From Azolla caroliniana (lineage: Eukaryota; Plantae; Polypodiophyta): DNA of 64,000 bases. A model generated the notes under the pieces. It saw only the letters and a list, made by a program, of their open reading frames with translations. It did no database searches and had not been told where the DNA came from. Within the stretch, counting starts at the first letter, position 1; every line of letters begins with the position of its first letter. Both the position numbers and the translations under genes were made by a program. Positions 1 through 12,400 of the stretch are shown in pieces. The stretch covers positions 10,664,001 through 10,728,000 of the forward strand of contig JBHGNT010000004.1 in NCBI GenBank assembly GCA_043228905.1, read 5' to 3'.

Positions 1-670
1 ATAAGTTCAAGTCCCACGATTCAGCTATGTTCACTACCCCTTATGGATTGATCACCATCAATGGGTACAAGTTATTGTACTTGTATCTGTTCTCAATTTT
101 TAGATTTCCTTGGCTGATTGTCCATAATGACTCACTAAGAATCGTTCTGTACCCATCTTCAACTAACATGCCGATGGAGACCAAACTCCTTTTCAGCACG
201 GGTATGTACCGGACTTGGTCGACTGGTGACCAATTTTTCTACAATGGGTGCAAAAATCACTTGATCGACTATTCCTCGACCTTTGACCGTTGTCGGTCTC
301 CCCTCTTTCTTGGTCGACTGGTGTTCCAACCGGTTCTTTCGACTTGTTCTCTTGATCGGCTGAATCGCTCGATCAACTTGGTCAAGTGGTGGGCTTCTGC
401 CGACTCATCGATGGTAAGTCCTAAGGACTTTCGTTGAATGTCCTCGATGAGGACTTGTCCGATTGTTTCATCTAGATTTAGATTCGGACAACTATTGGCA
501 AAGGTCGTGCAGAATACCTCCCAACTCGCCGGCAACCTCGAGATGAGGGCAAGGGCTTTGACTTCTTCTTTGAAGTTAATCCCTTGGGAGGAGAGTTCAG
601 ATAACACCCAGTTGAAGGTGTTAATGTGGGAGGTTGTTGCATCCGTCTCTCTCATCTTCATGTTGAATAG
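1..670 (-). pseudogene. B gag (UBN2-like) C-terminal part, zinc knuckle and post-protease fragment
   Basis: ORF 269..691 has LALISRLPASWEVFCTT. Downstream FCTHCRKIGH is followed directly by VRYIPVLKRSLVSIGML, so the protease core appears deleted. Confidence 0.75.
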
Positions 671-1069
671 TGTTGGGAATATGTCCCTCAAGTGGGAGGA
701 GCCGACTGTTCGGGCCTAGAAGAGACAACAGTCGAAGACAAGGAGGAGCCGACTGTTCGGGTCGAGTACCAAGAGTGAAAGAGTCAATAGTAGAGAGTCG
801 GTTGATTAATTATCGATTATTATTATAGTTATAATAATAATAATAGTAACGATGTGTAGTAGGGGCTACACCTGTAAATAGCCCATATGATGTATGAGTA
901 TAAATACATCTAGGGAAAAACATAGAGATAGAGTTGAACAGAATAAGGTATTAGCCTCTATTATCCGAGAGTGAGAGAAAAGAACGAGAGAGAGGTGCCA
1001 TAGTTGTGTTCGTAATAGTAAACGCCAAGAGCCTTGTGAGGTTGATACACTCCATAGTCAAGAGAGTGT

Positions 1070-1771
1070 TATCGTGAAGATTTCCGACTATAGTGTGAAA
1101 CTAGGGTGGAATAGGCCAAGTCGGTGGTGTGCAACGTGTGCACATGTATAGTAGGAAACGACGTATAGAATAAAGGGGAGTATTTGTCCCACATTGTAAA
1201 GCCCTCCCCTCCTTGGTCTATAAAAGGAGGGAGGGGTCCCTTGTTGAGGGGTTGCCCATTTTGAGTCATGGGGGTATACCATTTTTGTCGAGGGTCTTTT
1301 TGTTAAGAGTTTTCTAGGGTTAGTAACATCCTGTTCTTCTTCTTCTCCTCCTTCTTGAGAAGTCGAGGCGTTGCAGCCATGGCGGCAAAGCTGTTAGGGC
1401 TAACTTCTTTTCTTCTGAGCGTACCCGGCTCGAAGCCGGGGTTGTATCTTTCCCCTTTGTAATATATACACTTATATCTGTTTGTGCGTATTGGTGTTTC
1501 TGATGGTGTCAGGAGCATAGACCCTTTCGTTTCCTATGCATAAGAGTCGACGTCGCACGCATGCCCTTTTCTCTCTCTCTCTCTCATGTTCGGTTGCCTC
1601 CGGGTCATGTTCGGAGTCAGTTTTCTTCGCATCCCTTTTCTCTCTCTCTCTCTCATGTTCGGTTGCCTCCGGGTCATGTCCGGAGTCAGTTTTCTTCGCA
1701 TCCCTTTTCTCCCTCGTCCGAGACCCCCATGGTCTCGCTCCTTCTACATGCACGCGCGTAATAACGCGACA
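1070..1771 (+). mobile_element. Probable solo LTR of an unrelated family inserted in A 5' LTR
   Basis: Absent from A 3' LTR; termini TATCGTG...CGCGACA (imperfect inverted); flanking GTGT/AGTGT duplication; TATAAAAGG near 1218; no coding domains. Confidence 0.7.
1560..1715. repeat. 69-bp tandem duplication (about 2.2 copies) with (CT)n
   Basis: CGGAGTCAG ends at 1620 and 1689. Confidence 0.9.
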
Positions 1772-1988
1772 GTGTGGTAATATTCTCCCTTGTACATCCA
1801 CTGTATAGTGAAGACGTCTTCTTCCGTGGTTTTTTCTCCCGTTTTGGGGTTTCCACGTAAATCTATGTGCACTGTACTTTCTATTCATCTTGTTGTTTTT
1901 CTATTTTGAGTTGTGTATTTTCAGCATATCTATTGTGGATTGACGATCTGATTCACATCAAACTAGTATCGGAGCTTGAGGTGCAAGC

Positions 1989-4900
1989 ATGAAAGGAGGT
2001 GTGAGCGGCTTCCCAAGTATGTAGTTCTAAACTCACAGAACTATGCAGACTGGAAGATAAAGATGGAAGACCTTCTCATAGTCAAAGACCTGTATGAGCC
2101 GATCGATAGAGCAGAAATACCCACGGGGGTATTAAAGTCGGAATGGAAACTTCTTAACAGAAAGGTGGTGGCCACCATCCAATGGTGCATCAATGTAAGT
2201 GTCCTTCAGCATGTGGCAAATGACATGAATGCCCACGAGATGTGGCAGAAGCTGTCAAGTCTATATGAGAGGAAGAACACCCTCAATAAAACCTCACTGA
2301 TGAGAAAGATTGTACGGTTAAAATACAAAGACGGTGAAAGCATCATCAAACACATCAGCACATTCATGGGGTACGTAAATAAACTTGCCACAACCAAGTT
2401 CCCCCTTGAGGATCCAATGCAAGCCATCCTGCTACTATGCATCCTGCTGGACAACTGGGAGAACCTAGTGGTGACTCTCAAGACCTCGTGTCAAGAAGAG
2501 AACTTATCTCTTCAAGCCATGAAGACAAGTATCTTGAATGAGGAGACGAGGAGGAAGGACAAGGGAGTCCTATCCCAGTCGGAGTCAAATGTGGCTCAAC
2601 ATATCGGTAGAGGAATGTACCGGCAAAGGAGTCCACAAAGAAGGGAAAAGTCCCAAGCCAGATCGAATTCCAAAGGTAAACTAACATGATTTTATTGTGG
2701 AAATCCTGGACATTTCTAGAAGGACTACCGACATCTTAATAAGGACAAGAGTGTCGGTAATAATGTTGAACCCAAGAAGATTACTGATGAAAAGAGCACT
2801 TCAGCCATTGCTACGAGCAATGAAGAACTTCTGTTCATTTGTGAACAGACAAGTGCAAATCTTGCAAGCGAAGAATGCACTTGGGTGATCGACTCCGGTG
2901 CATCTTTCCATATAACTCCGTCGAGAGAGTATTTCTCAACTTACATAGCCGGTGATCATGGGTATCTAGAAATGGGTGATAATGGGAAGTGCAAGATAGC
3001 CGGAATCAGAAGTGTCTGTTTGACGATGTCGACAAGGTGTCGACTGACCCTGAAGCATGTTCGACATGTCCCCAATATCAGATTGAATCTGATATTGACT
3101 GGAAGATTGGACGACAAAGGCTATAGTGGTAGCTTTCGTAATGGCAAGTGGAAGTTCTGCCGAGGAAATCTTATAGTGGCCCAAGCACAGAAAGAAGGTA
3201 CATTGTATATGATGCATGCCCGACTAGGCAAGTTGGAGGTAAATGTGGCATCCAACTCGAGCGGAGAGTTATGGCATAAGAGGCCTGGCCATATGAGTGA
3301 GAAAGGAATGCATCTGGTGGCCGACCAGAAGTCAAGGGAGTTTACCTAGAGAAGTGAGTCGATTGCTTAGTCGGTAAGCAGAACAGAGCAACATTCCATA
3401 CGACATCACCAAGGAGAAGAGAAGTTGCATTGGAACTAGTGCACACCGATGTGTGCTATGTAGATGCTTTATCGCGTCCAGGTGGACAATATTTTGTGAC
3501 GTTCATTGATGACTATAGTCGGAAGACATGGGTCTTCGTACTAAAGTCAAAGGATCAAGTACTACCATTTTTCAAGGAGTTCCAGGCAAGATCTAAACGG
3601 GAGTCGGGTCGGAAGCTGAAGGTTGTCTGAACTGACAATGGTGGCGAATACAAAGGACAGTTTGAGGAATATTGCAAGGCTCGGGGTATTTGAATCGAAT
3701 ACACTGTGCCAAAGACCCCTAAGTTGAACGGGCTTGCAGAGAAGATGAATCGAACAATCATGGAGAGAGTAAGGAGCCTGCTCTCTCATGCGAAACTACC
3801 GAAATGATATTGGGTTGAGGCAATGTATACAGTTGTTTATCTGATCAATAGGTCTCCCTCAGTGCCATTGAAGGGTGATGTTCCACAGAGGCTGTGTATA
3901 GGTAAGGATGTCTCGTACCAACACCTGAGGGTGTTTGGATGTTTAGCGTATATGCATGTGCCTAAGGATCAAAGGTCGAAGCTCGACAATAATTCGAAGC
4001 CATGCATATTCATGGGATACTAGGAAGATGAGTTCAGCTTCGGGCTATGGGACTTGGTCGACAATAAGGTAGTGAGAAGTCAGGACATAGTCTTCTTGGA
4101 AGACAAGACGATAGAGGACTGGAAGCAACAGAAGTCAGAATCGACTTCCCAGTTTACCCTAACTACCGTCCACTTAAGGCCAAATGAACCGACACAATCA
4201 GCTGTTCGGAGACGGCAAGTCGGCACAGCCGAATCCGAGTCGGCCGACTCGGAGAGACCAACCGACTATGATTCTGAGTCGACAGAGTTGCTAAGATCGA
4301 TCGAGGAATATGAGTTCGAGTCATCCAACATTGAGAAGCCAATCAACATACATGAACCCGAGCCGAGAGAAGAGTTGTTAGACACATCTGAGCCGGAGCC
4401 AACGACGAATGGAAGGAGATATCCTCTTAGAGAGAGAAGAGCACTGACAACATATGCTAGTCAATAAATCCTCTTGACCGATGAAAGTGAACCAGAGTGT
4501 TATGAAGAAGCCACAACCGACAAGCATAGTGAGAAGTGGCTAAATGCGATGCAAGAAGAGCTAGATTCCTTGCATGAGAATTATACCTACGACTTAGTAG
4601 AGATACCGAAAGGTAAGAGAGCACTTAGGAATAAATGGGCCTTCAAGGTGAAGACTGTAGATATCGACAGTGCACCTAGGTATAAAGCCCGCATTGTGGT
4701 GAAGGGTTTCCAACAGAAAAAGGGCGTCAACTTTGACGAAATATTCGCTCCAGTCGTGAAGATGACATCCATTAGAACTGTTTTGAGCATAACTGCCAGT
4801 ATGGATCTGGAGATCGAACAGTTGGATGTCAAGACGACATTCTTGCACGGGAACTAGATGAGGAGATCTACATGCAGCAGCCCAAGGGCTTTGAGGAGAA

Positions 4901-6056
4901 AGGGAAAGAGAACCTGGTGTGTCGACTGAAGAAAAGCTTGTATGGTCTGAAACAAGCTCCACCCCAGTGGTACAAGAAGTTTGAATCCTTCATGGTGGAG
5001 CATGGGTTCCAAAAAACACAGGCGGATCACTGTGTGTTCATCAAAAGGTATAACAAAGGTGACTTCTTGATTTTCTTATTATATGTAGATGACATGTTGA
5101 TAGTTGGTCGAGAGACATGGAAGATTGGTAGCTTGAAGAAAGCTCTAGGCAAATTGTTTGCCATGAAAGATCTTGGACCGGCAAAACAAATCTTAGGGAT
5201 GCACATAGTTTGGGACAGAACTAAGAAAGTGTTGTGGTTGTCACAAGAGAAATACATGACAAAGATCCTAGAAACGTTCAACATATCAGAAGCAAAGCCA
5301 ATCAGCTCTATGTTACCAACCAACTGCAAGCTAAATGCCAACCAATGCGCAAGAGGGGAGAAGGACAAGGCTGAGATGAGGAAAGTACCATATGCCTCAG
5401 CCGTCAGCAGCCTAATGTGTGCTATGGTCTGCACCATACCAGACATAGCTTTTGTTGTGGGAACAATAAGCTGATATATGAGTAATCCAGGAAGAGAACA
5501 TTGGGCAATGGTGAAGTGGATACTCAGGTACATGAAAGGCACCTCAAGGGTATGCCTAAGGTATGGTGTCAGAAAACCCATGCTCGAAGGGTTTACCGAC
5601 TCAGACATGTTGGGGGATCTAGACTCAAGCCGATCCATGTCAGGGTAGACGATGACCTATGCAGGGGGGGTAGTGTCGTGGCAGTCATGACTGCAGAAGT
5701 CTATGGACTTGTCGATCACAGAGGCCGAGTACATGACAACGGTAGATTCCAGCAAAGAGCTCATTTGGATGAGAAACTTTCTCAGCGAGCTGGGGATGAA
5801 ACAAAGGGAGTTCCTACTTCATTGTGACAGCCAAAGTTCCATATATCTAGCCCAAAATGCTGCATACCACTCACAGACTAAGCATATACAGAGAAGGTAT
5901 CACTGCTTGCGGGAAAAAGTCGAAGAAGGAGACTTTACTCTCATGAATATCCATACCGAAGAAAATGGATCTGATATGCTGACAAAGAACCTACCGATGG
6001 ACAAACTTAGAGTCTGTCGATAGAAGACAGGACTAATCGATTCCCTCCCAAAGTAG
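1989..6056 (+). pseudogene. A gag-pol polyprotein, multiple stops and frameshifts
   Basis: Fragments NYADWKIKMEDLL (gag), IDSGASFH (protease), VHTDVC/FIDDYSR (integrase), YVDD (RT), RNase H. Confidence 0.92.
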
Positions 6057-6069
6057 TGACGGGGGAGTT

Positions 6070-6982
6070 TGTTGGGAATATATCCCTCCAGTCAAAGGAG
6101 CCAACTGTTCAAGTCTAGAAGAGACGACAATCGAAGACAAGGAGGAGCTGATTGTTCGGGCCGAGAAGAGCCGACAATCGAAGACAAGGGGGAGTTGACT
6201 AATCGGGTCAAGTACCGAGATTCAAAGAGTCGACAGTAGAGAGTCAGTTGATTAATTGTCGATTATTATTATAGTTATAATAATAGTAGTAGTAGTAGTA
6301 ATGATGTGTAGTAGGGGCTACACTTGTAAATAGCCCATATAATGTATGAGTATAAATACCGAGAGTTGAAGAGTCGACAGTAGACAACCAGTTGATTAAT
6401 TGTCGATTATTATTATAGTTATAATAATAATAATAATGTGTAGTAGGGGCTACACTTGTAAATAGCACATATGATGTATGAGTATAAATACCGAGAGTCG
6501 AAGAGTCGACAGTAGACAGTCGGCTGATTAATTGTCGATTATTATTATAGTTATAATAATAATAATGATGATGATGATGATGTGTAGTAGGGGCTACACT
6601 TGTAAATAACCCATATGATGTATGAGTATAAATACATCTAGGGAAAAACATAGAGACAGAGTTGAACAAAATAAGGTATTAGCCTCTGTTATCCGAGAGT
6701 GAGAGAGAAGAGCGAGAGAGCGGCGCCATAGATATGTTCGTAACAGCAGACGCCAAGAGCCTCGTGAGGCTTATAAACTCCACAATCAAGAGAGTGTTGT
6801 AATCTTCTCCCTTGTACATCCACTACATAGCAAAAACGTCTTCTTCCATGGCTTTTTCTCCCATTTTGGGGTTTCCACATAAATCTGTGTGCACTGTACT
6901 TTCTGTTCATCTTGCTATTTTTCTATTTTGAGTTGTGTACTTTCAGCATATCTATTGTGGATTGACGATCCGATACACAACA
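6070..6982 (+). repeat. A 3' LTR with internal triplication of about 135-bp unit (about 6213-6637)
   Basis: GTCGACAGTAGA recurs at about 6229, 6373, 6505; only one unit is present in the 5' LTR. Confidence 0.9.
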
Positions 6983-7304
6983 AATAACCGTCGAATCAGT
7001 ATCAACTTTGATGAGGAGGATTTTTTCTCGTACACCGCTTGTAACTTCTCCCACAAAGAGAATGTTGTGGTCTCCTTGGCCATGTTGAAATAGATGTTCT
7101 CAGATGCATTCAATAGGTCAACCTAGCTATTTCATCTTGTGAATGTCATTCATTTCCTGACATTGACGTTGGCTTGGTAGTGTGCCAAATAGCTTCAACT
7201 TGTCGTCAGATGATGGGTACATCTTGCATCATTTCCTTCTAGAGGACGAAGATCGTCCCATTGAACTTCCGGATTTCCACACTCGTGTCGGACTATGTCG
7301 CCAT
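6983..7304 (-). pseudogene. B gag N-terminal part
   Basis: ATG at 7304; IRKFNGT...KEMMQD with in-frame stops, resembling J gag LRKFDGSNFNFWKEQMQD. Confidence 0.65.
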
Positions 7305-7421
7305 TCTTTTATTGGAAGTAGATGTTGTTGACCTTGTCTTTTCTTTCAGTCGGATAACTTCTCTTCTCAATGTTTTCTGCTTTTCGTTGCCGTTGGACAA
7401 CTAGGTCAATCTAATACCACT

Positions 7422-7990
7422 TTTTGAAAGTATATATAGTTTGATATGCGGAAGGATGTGTATAAGGACGTGCAAGGAGATGTGCATCAAACAACACAGA
7501 TATGCAACAAGAAGAGGAACATCTGATGGACACTACTTCAAAGCTTTAATGGAAGTTCTTATTCTCTCTCTCTCTCTCTGACTCTTACGCTCTAAGTGTA
7601 GCTCTACAATGTAAGGTTTGAGCTTATATACTTGCTAAGCCCTAGCTAGAGGACATGTTCACACTAAGGATACAAAGCGGAAGGAGTTATCCTTTTATGC
7701 CAACAGAGCACACGATCAAGCAAAGGAGGAAAGGGAGCATCCAATGCCCAACTGGGCCACAAGACCCGAAGGACGGAGAATGTGGTAGCATGAAGAGAGA
7801 TCACATGATCACGTGACCACAGAAAGAGAGAAATGAACGCCTAGCCCAAACCCAACACCAGAATGACAAAACACATGATCTCATAAAGTGAAATCACGCC
7901 ATTATGGGATTGATCCACCAAGCTTTAGATTTGGGTCCCAAATGACCACATTTAGACTTGACTACTAATAGATGTCACAATCTAGTTCTT
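7422..7990 (-). repeat. B 5' LTR, first part (interrupted by C)
   Basis: Adjacent to the degenerate PBS; contains (CT)n and a minus-strand TATA near 7623-7630; ends at TSD TTCTT 7986-7990. Confidence 0.6.
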
Positions 7991-8445
7991 TGTTGTCCAC
8001 TGGACCTAACGCTTAAACGAATAGAATATATTATTAGAAGTGTTAAAGAAACGCATGTAACGGTTCACACTAGGAGCGTAACGGACTAAAAGCCCTGTGT
8101 ATATAAAGGGAGGAAATCCTCTGTAATGGGGGAGCGTGTATTTTGAGAGCTACCTTCTGTAATATAGTACTATCTTCTCTGATTCCCTTGTTTGTGCAAA
8201 TCGTCTACTGATTCGGTGTAGTACTCTATTGGTAACTGTAGGCTAGTAAGCATAGGGTAAGTGTGCATATGAGATCACGCATTGGTGAGCTTCAGTTATA
8301 GTCGTCTCCCTTTACGCCCCGACGATACACTTTGCTTTGTAAGCCTGTTATGATTCACGCACATATGGATCTATTCCTTGCACCACAATCACCTTCAAGT
8401 CTACCTCGAAGGACTAAGAGTAGACCGTGTTCCTAATCGGTAACA
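7991..8445 (+). repeat. C 5' LTR (455 bp)
   Basis: Matches 50239-50403 plus 57424-57713. Confidence 0.92.
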
Positions 8446-8449
8446 GTTT

Positions 8450-8525
8450 TGGCATGCTTGGTGGGACACGAAACCGCAATCCCTTGATTAGAAGTCAAGT
8501 GCCTTATCCATTAGGCCACGGGCGC
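8450..8525 (-). pseudogene. Full-length tRNA-Arg(UCU) retrocopy including CCA, extending the PBS of C
   Basis: Minus strand GCGCCCG TG GCCT-AATGGATA-AGGC A CTTGA-CTTCTAA-TCAAG GGATT GCGGT-TTCGTGT-CCCAC CAAGCAT G CCA. 76 nt; intact D and anticodon arms; acceptor and T arms mutated. Confidence 0.9.
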
Positions 8526-9459
8526 CCTAGTAGCTATCAAATGAACCCTAATTACGCGGTTTGCGTAAAAGAAGAAATTGACAAACTTCTAAAAGCAGGG
8601 TTTATCTGGCCGGTGAAGTAGGCCATGTGGTTGACCCTGATAGTTGTGGTACCAAAGAAAAATGGTAAAATCCATGTTTGTGTGGATTATCGTAAGCTTA
8701 ATGCCGTGATGATTATGGACGCGTTCCCCTTACCCTTCACCGATAGCGTACTAGACGTGGTCACGGGCCATGACATGTATAGTTTTCTAGATGGTTTTAG
8801 CGGATACAATCAGGTACGCATGCACCCTGACGACCAGGAGAAGATTGGGTTCGTCACGGATTGGGGTGTTTTTGTCGTTGTGGTCATGATGTTTGGGCTA
8901 AAGACGGCGCCTACCACTTTCCAGCAAACAATTACGGAGATTTTTGGGGAGTACATACCCGCCTTTATGCAAATCTTTCTTGACGATTTCGCAGTATATG
9001 GAACACGAGGCGAACATTTGGTTCATCTTTGAGTTTGTTTGGAGCACTGTCGTATGTCCCACGTCAGCCTTAATCCGGTCAAAAGTGCATTCGGCGTCAC
9101 TAGTGGGGCACTTCTCGGACACATCATAAGCAAGGACGCGATAGCAGTGGATCCAAACAAAATCACGGTGATCATTGAAGCAAAGTCTCCGACTAATGTC
9201 AAAGCCCTTAGCCACTTCCTAGGTCAAATACGCTGGCATAACCGCATGTTACGGCACTTGGCGGATTTTGTGACCCCATTACACGTCACCGTACATCGAA
9301 CGCCCTTCAAGTGGATGACAATAGAAGAGAAAGCTTATGACGCACTCAAGATAATGTTAACCCAAGCATCGGTCGTACAACCACCAAATTGGGCTAAACC
9401 TTTTGACGTCTTTGTGGATGCCTCGGATATAGCAATAGGCAGTGCAGTAATGCAACTCA

Positions 9460-12400
9460 TGACGGGAACTGCACGCTCCCTATACGCAACGCTCGGCCAC
9501 AACCGAGCTTAGAATCATACACAGAAAACGGGAAATAAAGCACGACACGAAAAAGAGAAGAGTACGCAGGATGTTTACGTGGAAAACCCAAACTAAGGGA
9601 AAATATAGCCATGATGGACTCTCAGAAACATATTTACGAATATGTCTCTTCATCCGGTGAGCACTTCTCACCGGGTCTGCACCATCTGGCTCTCCGTAGC
9701 CGGGTACTCCTCATCCTGTTTCCCATCCGCACTGTTCTTCTCCCTTCCCATCCGGAGGGACCTGTCTCCCAACAAACTCCCCCTTCACTCCGGCATGGGG
9801 TGTCTTACTAGTCCGATCCTCTTCCGGCATGCATCCAGCTTGTCGGGTATCAGCACTTTGGTCAGCATATCTGACCCGTTCTCGGCCGTGTGGATCTTCG
9901 TCAGTGCGAACTCCTGGTCATCTACTCTTTCCTGGATCCAGTGATATCTTCGTTGGATATGCTTCGTCTGGGAATGGTAGGCTGCATTCTTAGCAAGATG
10001 GATGGCACTTTGACTGTCGCAATAGAGTCGGTATTCATCTTGCCGGATACCGAGCTCTCCGATGAAGTCCTTCATCCATAATATTTCCTTGCCGGCTTCC
10101 ACAACCGCCATGTACTCCGCCTCCGTGGTTGACAATGCAACCGTCTTCTGCAGCCTCGACTGCCACGAGACAGCTCCCCCTGCATATGTCATTACATACC
10201 CGGATGTAGATCGGTTGGTATCCAAATCAGCCGACATGTCCGAATCGGTGAAACCATCAAGTTGAGGTTTTCCGGAGCCGAATCGGAGACACATATTTGA
10301 AGTGCCCTTCAAATACCGGAGTATCCATTTGACCGCGTTCCAGTGCTCCTTGTCGGGATTGGTCATAAACCGGCTCACCACTCCGATTGCATATCCTATA
10401 TCCGGTCGGGTACACACCATTGCGTACATCAAGCTCCCGATGGCAGAGGCATATGGAATCTTCATCATATCCGCCTTCTCTGCTTTCGTCTTCGGGCTTT
10501 TCTTACCGGATAGCCTGCAGTTTGCTGGAAGTGTCGATCCGACCGGTTTCGCATCTGACATGTTGAACCGTTGAAGCACCTTTGTCACGTATTTCTCCTT
10601 TGACAGCCACAATTGCTTCATTGACCGGTTCCGAATAATATGCATCCCCAGCATCTGTCTTGCCGGACCCAAGTCTTTCATTGAGAAGGTCCGGTTGAGA
10701 GCCTTCTTCAGCATTCGTATTTTGGCTTGGCCCCGTCCGACGATCAACATGGCGTCCACGTACAGAAGGAGTATCAGGAAGTCGCCTCCTTCGAACTTCC
10801 TCACAAACATGCAGTGATCGGCCTGCGTCTTGTGGTACCCTTGATCGGTCATGAAGGAATCGAACTTCCGGTACCATTGTCGGGGAGCCTGCTTTAGTCC
10901 GTACAGGCTCTTCTTCAGCCGGCATACCAGGCGCTCCTTCCCTTTCTCCACAAATCCCTCCGGTTGCTGCATGTAGATCTCCTTTTCGAGGTCGCCGTGA
11001 AGGAATTTCGTCTTCACGTCCAGTTGTTCTACCTCGAGGTCCATGCTTGCCGCTATACTCAGCACCGTCCGGATGGAGGTCATCTTTACTACCGGGGCAA
11101 ATATCACGTCGAAGTCCACGTGCTTCTTCTGCTGGAACCCCTTCACCATGATCCTGGCTTTGTATCTTGGGGGGTTGCCGGCATCTCCCGGTTTCAACTT
11201 GTACACCCACTTGTTTCGGAGTGCCCGCTTTCCTTTTGGCAACTCCACCAATTCGTACGTATGGAATCCATCTCATCCTGCATGGCACTTAACCATTTGC
11301 GGCTATGGGCGTCACTTTTGGCTTCCTCAAAGCTTTCTGGCTCCCCCTCATCGGATAGTAGCACATGCTCTACATCCGGAAATCTCCGGGGGCCCCTTCT
11401 CTCTCTGAGAGGATATCTCCGTCTTCGGGCTTCGGTAACCGGCTCCTCCATTTGCTCTTCATCCGAATCCGATTCGGGGTCTTGGCCAGTTCCGGTTTCA
11501 GTTTCCTCTACTTCTTCTTCAGCTTGTTCGGTATCCTCACCGTAACCGGCTGGTCCCTCGAGTGCTAACCGGTCTCTTGCCGGTTGGGTTTGCTCATCAT
11601 AGAGTCGATCCTTACCGGTCGACTCGGAGTTCATTAACTTCTTCTCCGACTCCCAGTCGGCGAGCGCCTTGTCCTCCATGAAGATAATATCTCAACTCCG
11701 GAATACCTTCTTGTCGACCAGGTCCCACACTCGGTAGCCGAACTCATCCTCACCGTAACCGAGGAATATGCATGGTCAGGTCTTTGGATCTAACTTTCCT
11801 CTCCGGTCCTTAGCTACATGCACGTACGTGAGACACCCGAACACCTTCAGATGCCGGTAGGATACTTCCTTACCGGTCCACACTCTCTGTGGCGTGTCTC
11901 CATCCAAGGGTACTGAGGGTGATCTATTTATCACATATGTCGCCGTCGACAATGCCTCAGCCCAAAAATTCTTGGGTAGTTTTGCATGCGCTAGCATACT
12001 CCGGACCCTCTCCATTATGGTCTGGTTCATCCTCTCGGCCAGTCCGTTTAGTTCCGGCGTCTTCGGCACGGTAAATTTGAGCCGGATTCCCTTCGAGCGG
12101 CAGTACTCCTCGAACTGCCCCCGCTATTCTCCTCCGTTATCTGCTCGAACCGCCTTCAGCTTCTGGCCGGTTTCTCTTTCCACTCTCGCGTGGAGCTCTT
12201 TGAAGACGGATAACACCTGATCCTTCATCTTCAACGGTGTGGCCCACAGCTTCTGCCTGTGGTCATCTATGAACGTCACGAAGTACTGCGCTCCGGCATG
12301 TGACTTCGTGTCTACTTGACACACATCCGTATGCACCAACTCCAGTGGTGCATTACGTCTCATCGGTGGCCTTGGTCGGAAGGAGGTCCGGTTTTGCTTA

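Larger units (their letters stand above)
671..1960 (+). repeat. A 5' LTR (contains a solo-LTR insertion)
   Basis: Aligns to 6070-6982 once 1070-1771 is removed. Confidence 0.9.
671..6982 (+). mobile_element. Element A: full-length degenerate Ty1/copia retrotransposon
   Basis: LTRs 671-1960 and 6070-6982 (TGTTGGG...CA); TSD AATAG/AATAA; degenerate Met PBS about 1964-1975; PPT GGGGGAG 6061-6067; gag-PR-INT-RT-RH order. Confidence 0.92.

Noticed and set aside
8450-8525. Functional tRNA-Arg gene
   Set aside because: Encoded CCA, broken acceptor and T stems, altered B box, no downstream T-run terminator, and position exactly at the PBS indicate a retrocopy.
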